Of a stretch of DNA of 64,000 bases, positions 1 to 12,962 are shown piece by piece; the stretch's first letter is position 1, and every line of letters starts with the position of its first letter. Position numbers and translations under genes: made by a program. Below the pieces are notes generated by a model. That model was not told the DNA's origin. It worked only from the letters and a program-made list of their open reading frames with translations, and searched no databases. Origin of the DNA: Octopus vulgaris (taxonomy: Eukaryota); contig OX597826.1 in assembly GCA_951406725.2 (NCBI GenBank), forward strand, positions 29,202,001-29,266,000, given 5' to 3'.

Positions 1-187
1 AAGGGTTGTTGTCTCATCAAGTGACATTGTGTCTGGAATGACTATGGTTTGGTTGGCTAGTCGACACTTTGGTACCGGCGCTAGTGAATCCTGTCTTCTT
101 CCTATCTCAAAGGGTGTCTTCCTTCCTCACCATTATTTTTTTTTTCTTTTTTAATGTCTCGCATCCACACGTCGGCATCCTGGCTGC
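1..187 (-). other. Candidate antisense exon running off the window edge
   Basis: (CT)n polypyrimidine tract then tttcAG|cAG on the minus strand, followed by unique CpG-containing sequence. An ATG at 27-25 opens MSLDETTTL to the edge. Confidence 0.35.
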
Positions 188-3100
188 TGAAAGAGAGAGA
201 GAGAGAGAGAGAGAGAGAACCTGCAAATTAGTGAGTGTATGTGTGTGTGTCTGCAAATATGTATATGGTTTTTGATTGCAAGTATGTGTGTATTTATTTG
301 CATGTGTGTGTGTGTGTGTCTGCAAATATGTGTATGGTCTTTGCAAGTATGTGTGTGTTTATTTGCAGGTGTGTGTGTGTGATTACATCACAATTGTATG
401 TTCGTGTATATTTTTTCTTGTCTTTTTTTTCTCTTTATTTTTTTTTCTGCTCTACGTTTGTTTATTTGAGTTTTCCCTAATTGTACTGACCCAAATTTAT
501 TTCTTCTTTGTTCTTGTCTGTCTTTCTTTCTTCTTTCTTTCTCTCTCATGTCAAATACAGCCTAGGTCATTGTGCAATTGTGACAAGACTGCACTTATCA
601 TCGCAATCATCATCACCATCATCATAATCATCTTCAATATATATATATATATATTTATATATATATGTATATATATATATATAAATGTGTGTGTCTGTGT
701 TTGACCCCCACCATTGCTTGACAACTGATGCTGGTTTGTTTACATCCCTGTAACTTAGAGGTTTGGCAAAAGAGCCCGATAGAATAAGTACTAGGTTTAC
801 AAAGAATAAGTCCTGGAGTCGATTTGTTTGACTAAAGGTGGTGCTCCAGCATGGCTGCCGTCAGATGACTGAAACAAATAAAAGAATACACATACACACA
901 CACATCTATATATATACCCAAACATGCTGGCACCATGTAACTAGCACCTGTGTTGGTGCCACATAAAAAAGCATCCAGTACATTCTGTAAAATGGTTGGC
1001 ATTAGGAAGGGCATCCAGCTGTAGAAATCCTGTCAAAACAGACAATGGAGCCTGGTGCAGCTCTTGTCAATGGAAAATGGACATTAAATAATGACGGTGT
1101 GGAGGAAGATTTGTATATTTATTTCATGTAATGCACGTAGCCAGAGTTTTTGACTTGACTCAAACACAACAAACAAGTCCAAATCCACCAAGGAGGAGTC
1201 AGGAGAGGCTAATTTGGATTGGCATGATTTGTGAAGACCTGTTGAGTCAAGTGGAGTCATTGTCATGGCCGATGACAGTACCATCTGATTGACACCCATG
1301 CTGATAGGACATAAAAAGCACCATTTGAGCATCATCGTTGCCAGTGGTACGTAAAAAGCACCATTCAAGCATGGTTGATGCCAGTACTGCCTGAGTGGAC
1401 CTCGTGCTGGTGGCGTGTAAAAAGCACCTACTATACTCTCGGAAGGGCATCCAGCTGTAGAAAACCATGCCAAATCAGACTGGAGTCTGGTGCAGCCTTC
1501 CAGCTTACCAGCCCTGGTCAAAGCGTCCAAACCATGTCAGCATGGAAAGCAGATGTTAAATGACAATGAAGATGATGATAATGATGTATTGAATCTTTTT
1601 AAGTTGCAAAAACGAAAACTTTAATCATGACATTTTGAGAGCATTTAATATGCACATTTCAGATCATTATGTAATAGATTATAAGATATCCATTCGTTCA
1701 TCTGAAACTTGAAGGTTGTAATTAAGAAGCATTATTGAATTGTATGGACAGTGTGCATCTCTAGAAATATAGAAATAAAACAGACACCCTATCAAGAACT
1801 GATGTGATCATCATAGCAGAGATACAGTGGGGTAATTTTTTAAATATTTCTTTATTGCCCACAGAAGCGACAAACAAGGACAGACAAAGCGACTAAGTTG
1901 ATTACATCGGCCCCAGTGCATAACTGGTACTTATTTAATCGACCCTGAAGGGATTAAAAGCAAAGTCGATCTCAGCGGAATTTGAACTCAGAACGTAATG
2001 GCAGACGAAATACCTATTTCTTTATTACCCACAAGGGGCTAAACATAGAGGGGACAAACAAGGACAGACATAGGTATTAAGTCGATTACATCGACCCCAG
2101 TGTGAAACTGGTACTTAATTTATCGACCCCGAAAGGATGAAAGGCAAAGTCAACCTCGGCGGAATTTGAACTCACAACGTAGCGACAGACGAAATACCGC
2201 TAAGCATTTCGCCTGGTGTGCTAACAATTCTGCCAGCTTGACACCCAGTGGTTTGGAAGCAAACCTCTTAGCCATACCCACTTGTGCCTCTGTGTGTGTG
2301 TGTATGTATGTATGTATGGAGGCACAGTTGTAGCTGTGTGGTAAGAAGATTGCTTCCCAATCACATGGTTTCATGTTCAGTCCCACTGCATGGCACTTTG
2401 GACAAGTGTCATCTGCTATAGCTTTGGGCCGACGAAAGCCTTGTGAGTAGATTTGGTAGACAGAAAATGAAAGTACCTGTCGCATTTGTGTGTGTGTCCC
2501 ACTATCGCTTGGCAACCGATGGTGGTGTGTTTATGCCCCCATAACTTAGCAGTTTACTAATAAGTCCTGAGGTCGATTTCTTTAACTAAAACCCTTTAAT
2601 GCGATGCTCCAGCATGGCCACAGTCACATGCCTGAAACATGTAAAAGCATAAAGGAACACACACACGCACAAACACACACAGACACGCACAAACACACAC
2701 ACACACACACACACGTAAGTATACACACTTATTGATGTTTGAATTTTTCCTTTATGGTATCACATTGCGCCTGGCTGTTTATATTTATATACCCGCACAC
2801 GCACGAGTATAATTTATTGTTCCGTTGTAGGTCATATTAACACACGAAGTGAGAGATAAATGTTTAAATCTTCCGAATTATCGTGTTTCCATGGCTTGAA
2901 AGTATTAGTAACCCTTCTTTAAATATACTGTGTATATTAAATGATATATCGGTGTGTATTTGTGTTTATCAATTGCTTGATAACTGCTGTTGGGTTGTTT
3001 ATATCTCTGTAACGTAACGATCCTGCAAAAGATATTGGTAGAGAAAATAAGGGCGATCCTTTGGTATAAGTACCGGAAGTGGCTTTGTTTACATTTCTGA

Positions 3101-3875
3101 AGATAACAGAAACCCTTTTCTCCCACCCCTAACCCTAATCTCCCATATATATTTTTAAAAAAACACTTTCTTGAAATGTATCCCGTACTTATACCGAAGT
3201 TACGACAAAATAAGCAAAAAATAAGTAACGGGGTGGATTTCTGTGACTGTACCGGTCAAGGTGGTGCCCCAGCACGGCCGCAGTCCAATAACAGAGGAAT
3301 AACAGATGAAAAATGATGTATCCTATCTCCATGTTGTTTATCGCTGACGATGGAGCGGAGTTTGAATTTGAATCGCCATCCAGCTGTAAATCATAAGAAG
3401 GAAAGATAAAATTGCGAAAGAGAAAGAAAGAAGCCAGTCGTCTTCTATTTCGCTGGTTCTAAAGAATTTAGATACAGCTTTGGTTAAGACTGGACATCGA
3501 CTTATCACTCATCACTCGGCTCAAATTTATCTGTTAGTTATTTATCCATTCATTCATATTTCCGAAACCCACCAAAAGAACGGCAGGAAATTTGTCTTCG
3601 CTGAAGAGGGTAGGGTCTGTTTTCAAGGGACATAACTCTTCTAGCTGCTGGGAAATTCGCGCAGTTACTTCCCTTAGACCAGAGGCGGCAGTTTTAGTTT
3701 ATTTTCATTTACCAACGCACGCGCGCGCAGAGACACGCTCGTCCCCGATATAACCAGAGGCATAGCTATGAGGTAAAGTAACTTGCTTCCCTACCACCTG
3801 GTTTCGCGTTCAGTCTCACTGTGTAGCACTTTGGACAAATGAACCCAGAATTATAGCTCCTGGCCAACCAAAACT

Positions 3876-4282
3876 GGATCTTTTCGGTTTGAACGGCAGT
3901 TTTTTCTAGCGGTGTCATATGAAATTGTCACCCATAATTATGACCCTAGTATCGATCTATTGCATTTCAATCTATTTTAGGGTTAGGGGTGGGGAAGGGT
4001 ATCTTTTTTTCTCCACAAATGTAAATAAACCCTATCTGTTTCTTAAATGAGGGACATATTCATACGGCACAGAATGTTTTTTTACCTCAAATACGTCAGT
4101 GATTGGTTGAAATTGCAGAAATTGAAGAATAAACAACAAATATCTTATAAACTATAGAATTTTCTCAATAAAGCCAAGAGAAAAAGATGTTCTATAAACA
4201 CATTCTACCAGTATACGAAGTTTTAAATTTTTTAGTTACCTAGAAATTATGTTAAAAACTGCCGTTCAAACCGAAAAGATCC
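3876..4282. mobile_element. MITE with ~29-bp perfect TIRs and an 8-bp TSD (Merlin-like), inserted in a SINE
   Basis: TIR GGATCTTTTCGGTTTGAACGGCAGTTTTT at both ends; TSD CCAAAACT at 3868-3875 and 4283-4290. GG termini with an 8-bp TSD fit Merlin better than hAT. Confidence 0.85.
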
Positions 4283-4888
4283 CCAAAACTTTCTGAAGTA
4301 ATTTGGTTGACGAAAACTGAAAGAAACCAGACATTTATAGCATCATCGTTATAATCATCGTCATTATCATCAGTCCATTTTCCATTCTGGTGCACACACG
4401 TGTATAAATGTTAGTTTTTATGTCGAGTCACAATAAAAATCAATAAAAATTAAAACACCTGTATCTTTCCATCCCAACTTACCCTACAACCTAATTATCA
4501 TGGAACAGAGCTGCACCGACCTCCAGAAAATTTCAGCTCAACAGATACTGTATAAAGCCGAGATCAACTCAGGTCTACCACAGTTCAATGGAGGCTAAAC
4601 AAGCAAAAACTTCAAAGTCACTTACAATTCTATTCTTGCTAAAGAATAATGTGTGTGTGTCTGTACATATATATATATATATATGTATATATATACTCTT
4701 TTACTTGTTTCAGTCATTTGACTGTGACCATGCTGGAGTACCACCCTTTAGTCGAGCACATTGACCCCAGGACTTACTCTTTGTAAGCTTAGTACTTATT
4801 CTATTGGTCTTTTTTGCCGAACCGCTAAGTTATGGGGACCTAAACCCACCAGCATCGGTTGTCAAGCGATGTTGGGGGGACAAACAGA

Positions 4889-4976
<88 letters not shown>

Positions 4977-5415
4977 CACACATATATACGATGGGCTTCT
5001 TTCAGTTTCCGTCTACCAAATCCACTCACAAGGCTTTGGTCGGCCTGAGGCTATAGTAGAAGACACCTCAAGGTGCCACGCAGTGGGACTGAACCCGGAA
5101 CCATGTGGTTTGCAAGCAAGCTACTTACCACACAGCCATGTTTGTGTTTCCTTGTACTGGCACCATGTGGATGTAAACGAGCACCACCATCATGCAGGTG
5201 ATAATTTTAGTTTCCAGTCTTCCCATGGAACCATGTCCTGTCATAGAATTCCGTCTGATCCATGCAAACATGGAACAGTGAGCATTAAAATGATGGCAGC
5301 AATAATAATGATACACGGAGAGAAACATGAATAAATCCATTGAATTCTGGCCAATATTTTCATCTAAATTTCAGCCGTTTTAATTTATGTTTTGTTTCTT
5401 TCTTTCTTTCCTCAG

Positions 5416-5489
5416 CTATTGTTAAAAAATACAGCAATTTCGTGGGAGTGCCAATATATCTGAATGGTAAAAGAGCCAACATGATCCAG
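5416..5489 (+). CDS. TRAP1: TRAP1/HSP75 (mitochondrial HSP90) internal coding exon, 1st in window
   Basis: Acceptor tttctttcctcAG, donor GTAACT. 74 nt encoding (x)IVKKYSNFVGVPIYLNGKRANMIQ, matching the HSP90/TRAP1 VxKYSNFVxxPIYLNG motif; no charged linker follows, as expected for TRAP1. Confidence 0.95.
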
Positions 5490-6295
5490 GTAACTTACCA
5501 TTTTGTATTCCTTTCTTGCCCCACCCTTCAAATATTTTAAATGTTGTCTACGCATAAAGAACATGAAAGATAGAAACAGCAAGAAATATGGAACTCATTA
5601 ATTATAAGTTTTCTATAGATAATACAATCTCATATATATTAAAAGGGCATTCACAGTGATTTTTTTCATCAGTTGGTTTTGGAGAAGTCTTAGTGGTTTC
5701 AAGCTATTTAAAACCAAGACCACTGTTATCAACAGGAGCGCCAGAGCATAGAGCTACAGGGAAAAGGCTGACGAATGTGTGCAAGGACAGGACGAAATAA
5801 CATTATAAATAATAGAAAATGTGTTATGGCTGTACAATAAGTAGAAGGATATTTTCACTTGTGTATGTGTGTATGTATGTATGAATATTTATATATATAT
5901 GAGTATATACACACATGCAGATACATGCTAATATGCATGTGTTTATATGTATGTGTGTGTATATATTTATGTGTGGGTATGTAGGTGTGTATATTCTCTA
6001 TCGTACAGCATAACAGCTAACGGGAGTCCCTGGATGGTCGTTCTACTTGCTAGATATAGCAGCCAAATGATCTTCAAACCACATCTTACTGTGTTAAGAA
6101 ATGAAGGACACATTGGAGATGATATAGTCTTATAAATGTAAGAAGACAGAATGGTCTCAGGGCTGGTCCTGGAGGTAATCAGCCTCAACAATAATAACAA
6201 CATTAATTCTTACCTATTTATATGTAACCACGGTTACACACACCACCAAGTTTAGTTCTAGCAACCGTAATGCTTTCATCTGCCATCCCTTTCAG

Positions 6296-6458
6296 GCACT
6301 CTGGTTGATGGACAACAAAGACATCACAGCGGACATGCATGAAGAGTTCTACCGATTCATCAGTGGTACCTTCGATAAACCACGGTTCAACTTCCTCTAC
6401 AAGACTGATGCCCCTATCAATATCCGTGCCCTGTTCTATGTTCCAGAATACAAACCAA
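6296..6458 (+). CDS. TRAP1: TRAP1 coding exon, 2nd in window
   Basis: Acceptor ccctttcAG, donor GTATGT. 163 nt: [54 protein letters not shown]; phase 0 in, phase 1 out. Confidence 0.96.
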
Positions 6459-7333
6459 GTATGTAATGGCCAGTTACATAACACTTCCTCTCTCCTTCTC
6501 TCCCCCTCTGTATCTCTCTTTCTCCCCTTCCCTCTCACTTCCTCTCTCCCTCTATATCTCTGTCTCCTCCCTTTCTTCTCTCTTACCCTCTCCCCCTCCC
6601 TTTCTCCTGTTTCTCTTCCTCTCTATCTTCCCTCTCTCTCTCCCCTCTCTTTCTCTCTCCATCTCTCTTCCTCTTTATCTACATTCCTCTCTCCCTCTAT
6701 CTTTCTGTCTTTCTCCTCCTCCTTTCCTCTCTTTCTCTCCCTCTCTCTCGTTCTCTCCCTCCCCCTCTCTCTGTCCGTCTTACTTTCACTATCCCTCCCC
6801 CTCTCAGTCTTTCATTTATAAATTTCTGTGTGTTCAAATACCTCATCATCATCATTCAGTGTCCAGCTTCCTTACTGAAAGTAACGGAAAGACCCACAGC
6901 ACGACTACTTAAAAAAAAAAGAATCATATTTTCAAAGGGCTGTAGTTTCGGGTTTTTGTCGGATCAGGGTTTCTGCTGACATCCTTTTTCTAGTAAGGCA
7001 ATTTCACAAAAAGTTCTTTGTTAAGAAAAGTCTCTATGCTTAGTATTCGCTGACCTGAAGAATTCCCTTGTCAAGGATCCATGATCTGTATTCTGGTGGT
7101 CACATTTCTCTTTTCTTCTCCTTCCTGTGACTCACAGGTACACCTTGGTAGCTCTTCCCTTTCTTCTCTCCTTTCCTAAATGGAGTGGCCACATATCCCT
7201 TCTATTACAAGATACCTGTCTCTGTCACTGTATCATTCTTTAACCGTTCATCATCTGGTTTTAAGCCACCTTCATCAATACCACACCCCCATCTTTCCTC
7301 AGTTAGTGGACACACGTTGCCTAGTGGTTAGGG

Positions 7334-7460
7334 CAGTGTTTCTCAACCTTTTTACCCTTGTGTAACCCTTAAAATAAATTACGTTTCAAGGAACCCCTGC
7401 ACAAAAAAATTATATACCATATCTTTGTTATAATTTTTCATCGTAGTTCACTTGGTAAAT

Positions 7461-7506
<46 letters not shown>

Positions 7507-7695
7507 ATATTTTTTTGATAATATAATAGGTTAGATAGGATAATGTCTGTATTACAATAACCAATATGTTGTGCATGTATAATAATATTACAATCATGAA
7601 ATTAGCATTAGCTTATCTCACTCTCTCTCGTAGAACACCTAGGAACCTTTTGCAGAACCGTAGGGTTCTCAGGGAACCCTGGTTGAGAAACGCTG
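7334..7695. mobile_element. hAT (Charlie-type) non-autonomous element inserted in a SINE head
   Basis: TIRs CAGTGTTTCTCAACC ... GGTTGAGAAACGCTG; degenerate 8-bp flanks ggttaggg/atttaagg. Confidence 0.75.
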
Positions 7696-7980
7696 ATTTA
7701 AGGTGTTGCCCTCACAATCCTATGGTTGCGGTTTGGGTTCCTGGTCCAAGTGATTCTTTGCGTTCTTGAGCAAAACACTTCATCTCACATTGCTCCAGCT
7801 GGCAAAAGTAATGGACCAGCTCCCAGTCCAGGGTGGGGAATTTACACACCATAGAAATCGGGAAACCGGTCCTTATGAGTCGGTGTGACTCAAGAAGGTA
7901 CCCTTTACATCTCTCCTCAGTTGAGATGGACTCTTGTCTTTCTTTGTCCTTCAGTCTCTCTCCCTCTCTATATTTGTCTA

Positions 7981-8043
<63 letters not shown>

Positions 8044-8294
8044 CTATATTTTCTTCAACCTCTCTGTCTCTTATTTTACTCCGTTTTGTCCTTTGTCCTC
8101 AATCTCAAACACACCCACACACACGATTTCTCATTCCTCAACTCTCTAACTCTTGATGATGATGATGATGATGTTTTGTTGTAGTTAAGGATGCTCTATA
8201 CTTGTTTCCATGGTAATCTAACAGTTTTTTTTTACTTTTCGTTTTTCTTCCATGCTTTCTCTCCACCTTTGACCACTGGCCACCGTCCTTGCAG

Positions 8295-8408
8295 CATTAT
8301 TTGACATGAGCCGAGAGACCGATGTCAGTCTGACACTCTACAGCCGCAAAGTGATGGTCATGCCAAAAGCCAACTACATCCTGCCCAAGTGGCTCCGCTT
8401 CGTGAAAG
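8295..8408 (+). CDS. TRAP1: TRAP1 coding exon, 3rd in window
   Basis: Acceptor gtccttgcAG, donor GTCAGT. 114 nt: (T)LFDMSRETDVSLTLYSRKVMVMPKANYILPKWLRFVK(G), the HSP90 middle-domain LYSRKV and LPKWLRF motifs. Confidence 0.96.
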
Positions 8409-8581
8409 GTCAGTCGATATTTATGTCACCCCCATGGTGTATTGGTTTGGGGGAAGGTACGGTCGAATGGGAGGGTAGGGAGTTATCTCTACAGATTTAT
8501 ACATTCATACATACATGCATATGTGTGTGTGTGTATATACATAAATACATACATGCATATATATATACATATATATATATA

Positions 8582-8802
8582 TAGTAATCCCTCGACTATT
8601 CGAATGTTACGTTCCAAAACCCCCCCTGATAGGTGAAGCTCTATAAAGTAGAAACAGTACTGTACTGTATATTTTTGTTTTCGTTGTTTTTATAATTTGT
8701 ATATATTTATTTTATAATAAATGCAAAACAACACCACGAAGGAATCGATGTAAGCTTAAATAATAAACCGCAATAGGTGAACCACATTATGGTGAGGTAT
8801 TA

Positions 8803-8805
<3 letters not shown>
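8582..8805. mobile_element. Tc1/mariner-superfamily (pogo/Tigger-like) MITE
   Basis: Ends tAGTAATCCCTCG ... gTGAGGTATTACTG, both flanked by (TA)n. Confidence 0.6.
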
Positions 8806-8850
<45 letters not shown>

Positions 8851-9001
8851 TGTTGTGTCTGGGGAGAGTCATTCTCTTTTAGTGCCTTATTATTTAACAC
8901 ACTCACTAGTAAAGTTTCCAATCACTTACTTATTTTTCCTAAAATATAATCCAAAAATACTCACATTCATTTATTCATACATACATGCATATATATACAG
9001 A

Positions 9002-9118
9002 CAGTGTGACCTAAAAGTCACAGAGGTGTCTAAAAGTTTAATAAATTTGTTTTAATTACATTTTTTTTATTTGTAATTCACAAAATGTAACTCTTCATTC
9101 CTAATGTCCATATATACC

Positions 9119-9162
<44 letters not shown>

Positions 9163-9250
9163 ACATACACTGTATGTGATGCTAAGTTATTGTAAATTTA
9201 AAACAGCATAAATGAATTATCAACACCTTTGTGAATTTTGGACCACACTG
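9002..9250. mobile_element. Degenerate Tc1-like MITE
   Basis: Imperfect TIRs CAGTGTGACCTAAAAGTCAC / GTGAATTTTGGACCACACTG followed by TA. Confidence 0.5.
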
Positions 9251-10133
9251 TATATATGTATATATGTTTATAAAACAAGATTCTTTCAATTTCCATTTTC
9301 CAAATCCATTCTCAAGGCCTTGGTCAGCCCAAGACTATGGTAGAAGACACTTGTCCAATGTGCCATGCAGCGGGACTGAACTCGGAACCATGTGGTTGGG
9401 GAATAAACAACTTAACCACACAGGCGTGCCTGCACTTGTTTGTGTGTGTAGAGGCATCTCAAAACTAAAACTCAAAACTAAACAGACTCCCGTTTTACCT
9501 GTGCAGACATTACCTGGTGCTTCAGACTCGTTAGTGTATTATTCTTTTAATTTCAGTACCCCTGTTGATTGAGGTACCTCACAGAAGTACCCCAACTCAT
9601 CTGGAGTTGTTCTGCAACAGTATCTGCCTTACAATGGGGATTGTTTTCCACCATCTGATTAACTGCCCTAAGACACCTTAGGGCCCGGATCGACCTTAGT
9701 CAGAGGGCCCAGGTCGACCTTAGCGGGGTGCTATTCACCCCTTTCCTTTGCTGGTGAATTGTACAATCACTCTGTCAATGGTGCCAAGAGGGATCCCATG
9801 GTTTTATGCAATCTTACACTGAGATTCACTCACTATAGACCCTCTTTGAAAATCAGAAAACATTTTTTGCTTCTGGTGTCCGCGGCACAGCTTGCTGCTA
9901 TAAACAATTACGCTTTACTTTTTTACTTGTTTCATTCATTTGACTGTGGCCATGCTGGAGCACCGCCTTTAGTCGAACAAATCGACCCTGAAACTTATTC
10001 TTTATAAGCCTAGTACTTATTCTATTGGTCTCTTTTGCAAAAGTGCTAAGTTTCGGGGACATAAGCACACCAACATCGGTTGTCAAGCAATGGTGGTGGG
10101 GACAAACACAGACACAAAGACACACACACATAA

Positions 10134-10191
<58 letters not shown>

Positions 10192-10349
10192 CAAGCTTCT
10201 TTCAGTTTCTGTCTACCATATCCACTCACAAGGCTTTGGTTGGCCTGAGGCTATGAAAGAAGACACCTGCCCAAGGTGCCATGCAGTGGGGCTGAACCTT
10301 GAACCATGTGGCTGGGAAGCAAGCTTCTTACCACACAGCCATGCCTGCA

Positions 10350-10387
<38 letters not shown>

Positions 10388-10632
10388 CACATACATATAT
10401 ACATATACACACATACATATATACATATACACACACACATACACACACAAGTTTGAAACACCAAATAGTCTCCATGCAGAAAAAAAAAAGAACTGTATAA
10501 TAAGGGGTATGTGAAATGTGTGTGTGTGTGTGTTTGTTGCTTCTTTGAGTCCTTCTCTACTTCTTTTTTCTACTTCAAATGCATTAGTCTATTTTGTATT
10601 CACAAATTCTCTGCTAACTTGTTTCTCCACAG

Positions 10633-10702
10633 GGGTGGTCGACAGTGAAGACATTCCTCTGAACTTAAGTCGAGAACTTCTCCAGGACAGTGCCCTGATC
10701 AG
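10633..10702 (+). CDS. TRAP1: TRAP1 coding exon, 4th in window (catalytic loop)
   Basis: Acceptor gtttctccacAG, donor GTAAGA. 70 nt: [24 protein letters not shown], the HSP90 signature with the catalytic Arg. Confidence 0.97.
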
Positions 10703-11130
10703 GTAAGACTCTCTTTTCTTTTCTTTTTGTTGTTTTCTTTTCTGTGTTATTGTTTTGATAAATTGATAACTCTCAGAGTGGTTGGCGTCAGGAAGGGCAT
10801 CCACCTGTAGCAACATTGCCAGATCAGATTGGAGCCTGGTGCAGCCTTCTGGCTTGCCAGCCCTCAGCCAAACCGTCCAGCCCATGCCAGCATGGAAAGC
10901 AGACGTTAAACAACAACAACAACGACAATATGAAATACACTTCCTGCATGGAACATGTATGTTAAATGATAACGATGATTAAACAGATCCACTGATATGA
11001 GTCAGACTATATTTATCACATTAAGGTAAATAGAAAGGCCAGAAGCTCTGTAGTGCAACCAGTAAAGTGGTTACCTGGCAACCAGTAGATAGTTATCTGC
11101 TGATTCAGTTTACTTCTGATTTTATGGTGT

Positions 11131-11526
11131 AGGAGTGGCTGTGTGGTAAGTAGCTTGCTTACCAACCACATGGTTCCGGGTTTAGTCCCACTGCATGGCA
11201 CCTTGGGCAAGTGTCTTCTACTATAGCCTCAGCCAACCAAAGCCTTGTGAGTAGAATTAGTACATGGAAACTGAAAGGAAGCCCGTCGTATATATGTATA
11301 TGTACATATGTGATTGTTTGTGTGTCTGTGTTTGTCCCTCCAACATCGCTTGACAACCGATGCTGGTGTGTTTACATCCCCGTAACTTAGCGGTTCAGCA
11401 AAACAGGCCTATAGAATAAGTACTAGGCTTACAAAGAATAAACCCTGGGGTCGATTTGCTCGTCTAAAGGCGGTGCTCCAGCATGTTCACAGTCATATGA
11501 CTGAAACAAGTAAAAGAGTGAAAGAG
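11131..11526 (+). mobile_element. tRNA-derived octopus SINE, family A, near full length (representative of dozens of copies)
   Basis: Head ggctgtgtggtaag...ggtttagtccc (A/B-box-like), internal (TA/TG)n, tail gactgaaacaagtaaaagag. Other copies e.g. 4697-5140(-), 9917-10350(-), 17575-17950(+), 29180-29530(+), 36010-36390(+), 55735-56120(-). Confidence 0.85.
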
Positions 11527-12472
11527 TAGAAAGGTCAGAAGTTCTATAGTGCAACCAGTAAAGTGGTTACCTGGCAACCAATAGATAGTTATTTAGGGAC
11601 CATTATCTGCTAATTCAGTTTACTTCTGATTTAAGGGTTAAATAAAATACAACTGCTTCCTTGCCCAACACTCTTATATTGTCTGTCATGTGCTGCATCC
11701 ACCATTTGTTGGTGATTTTTTACTCCTGGTGGACAGTCACTCCTGCACCACTCAGGCGACAACCCTCTACCCTATGGGTCTTCTTGGGGAGTCGTTGATG
11801 GTGAGGGTTTTATGAGGTCAGAATGCAAATCCTAGCACAGCCTATTTTACAAAAGATAGAGGAAATGTTGGGTCTATTCTTTGACCTGCTTGTCCCCACA
11901 CAGCACAAGAGCAGCGTGAAATTAAGTGTTTTGCTCAGGAACACAACCCACTGCCCTGTTCAGGAATTGAACCAATGATCTGGTGATCATGAATGCAGCA
12001 TCCTAGCCCCTTGACTTTCGTGTATATTAAAGCAGATTTTCTATTGTTGTAACCCACACCTGTTTCCAAGCCAGTGTTTCTCCATGGCTGAACATGTTTT
12101 CACAGAAGGTTGGAAATGAAGGACACCACCTGTATGACAGTGGCACTCATTTACAGCTATCACACAATGTCAAAGCAAGGAGACACAAACACACGCTCAC
12201 ACACATGCACATGCACACACACACATACATACAAAAACACATTTACACAACTGGCTTTTTTTCATTTTCCACCTTCCAAATTCACTCACAAGGCTTTCGT
12301 CAACCCAAAGCTCTAGTAAAAGACATTTGCCCTAGGTGCTGCACAGTGGGACTGAACCTAGAACCATGTGGTTAGGAAGCAAACTTCTCATCCACAAAGC
12401 CATGCTTGCACCTACTGTCATTCCTGTGTCTAATTCTGTTACTAATTTGTTCTAATTCGACCTTCTTTCCAG

Positions 12473-12620
12473 GAAACTGCGTACTGTACTCACCAACCGA
12501 ATTCTGAAATTCTTCGTTGAGAAATCCAAGAAAGATGTTGAAACTTACATGCGTTTCTATGAAGACTACGGACTGTTCTTCCGTGAAGGAATTGTCACAA
12601 CTACCGAACAAGAACAAAGA
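12473..12620 (+). CDS. TRAP1: TRAP1 coding exon, 5th in window
   Basis: Acceptor ccttctttccAG, donor GTAAGA. 148 nt: [49 protein letters not shown]. Confidence 0.96.
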
Positions 12621-12741
12621 GTAAGACAGATATTAGCTTTGGTATTTTTAAGATTTTGGAGTCTGTAGTTTATTTTGATGTGGATTGGTAGGGTGATTAA
12701 TTTTTTAGAAATAAATTCTACAAATATTTCTGCATGCTTAA

Positions 12742-12962
12742 AACCTCTCATTACTGTATTTATTTTGAGATGCTCTGTGTTTCTTTCACGTACTTTAAAT
12801 ATAACAAAGAATTTAGTAAAATAACTTAGTTATCATTAACCTAGTGTTAGGAACATAAATTGTAACTAAGGTTTGGTGGAAGATTTTAATTCAAAACTTA
12901 TGAAAACAAGACATTTGAACACAGAGCCAGAGCTGGTTTCAGCCGGGTTGGTAATGAAAGGG
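12742..12962. mobile_element. TTAA-flanked MITE (piggyBac-like); partial second copy at ~44050-44185
   Basis: TTAA-aacctctcattac ... gtaatgaaaggg-TTAA; the internal sequence recurs near 44050-44185. Confidence 0.55.

Noticed and set aside
11131-11200. tRNA genes
   Set aside because: A/B-box-like heads continue into SINE bodies and do not form a cloverleaf.
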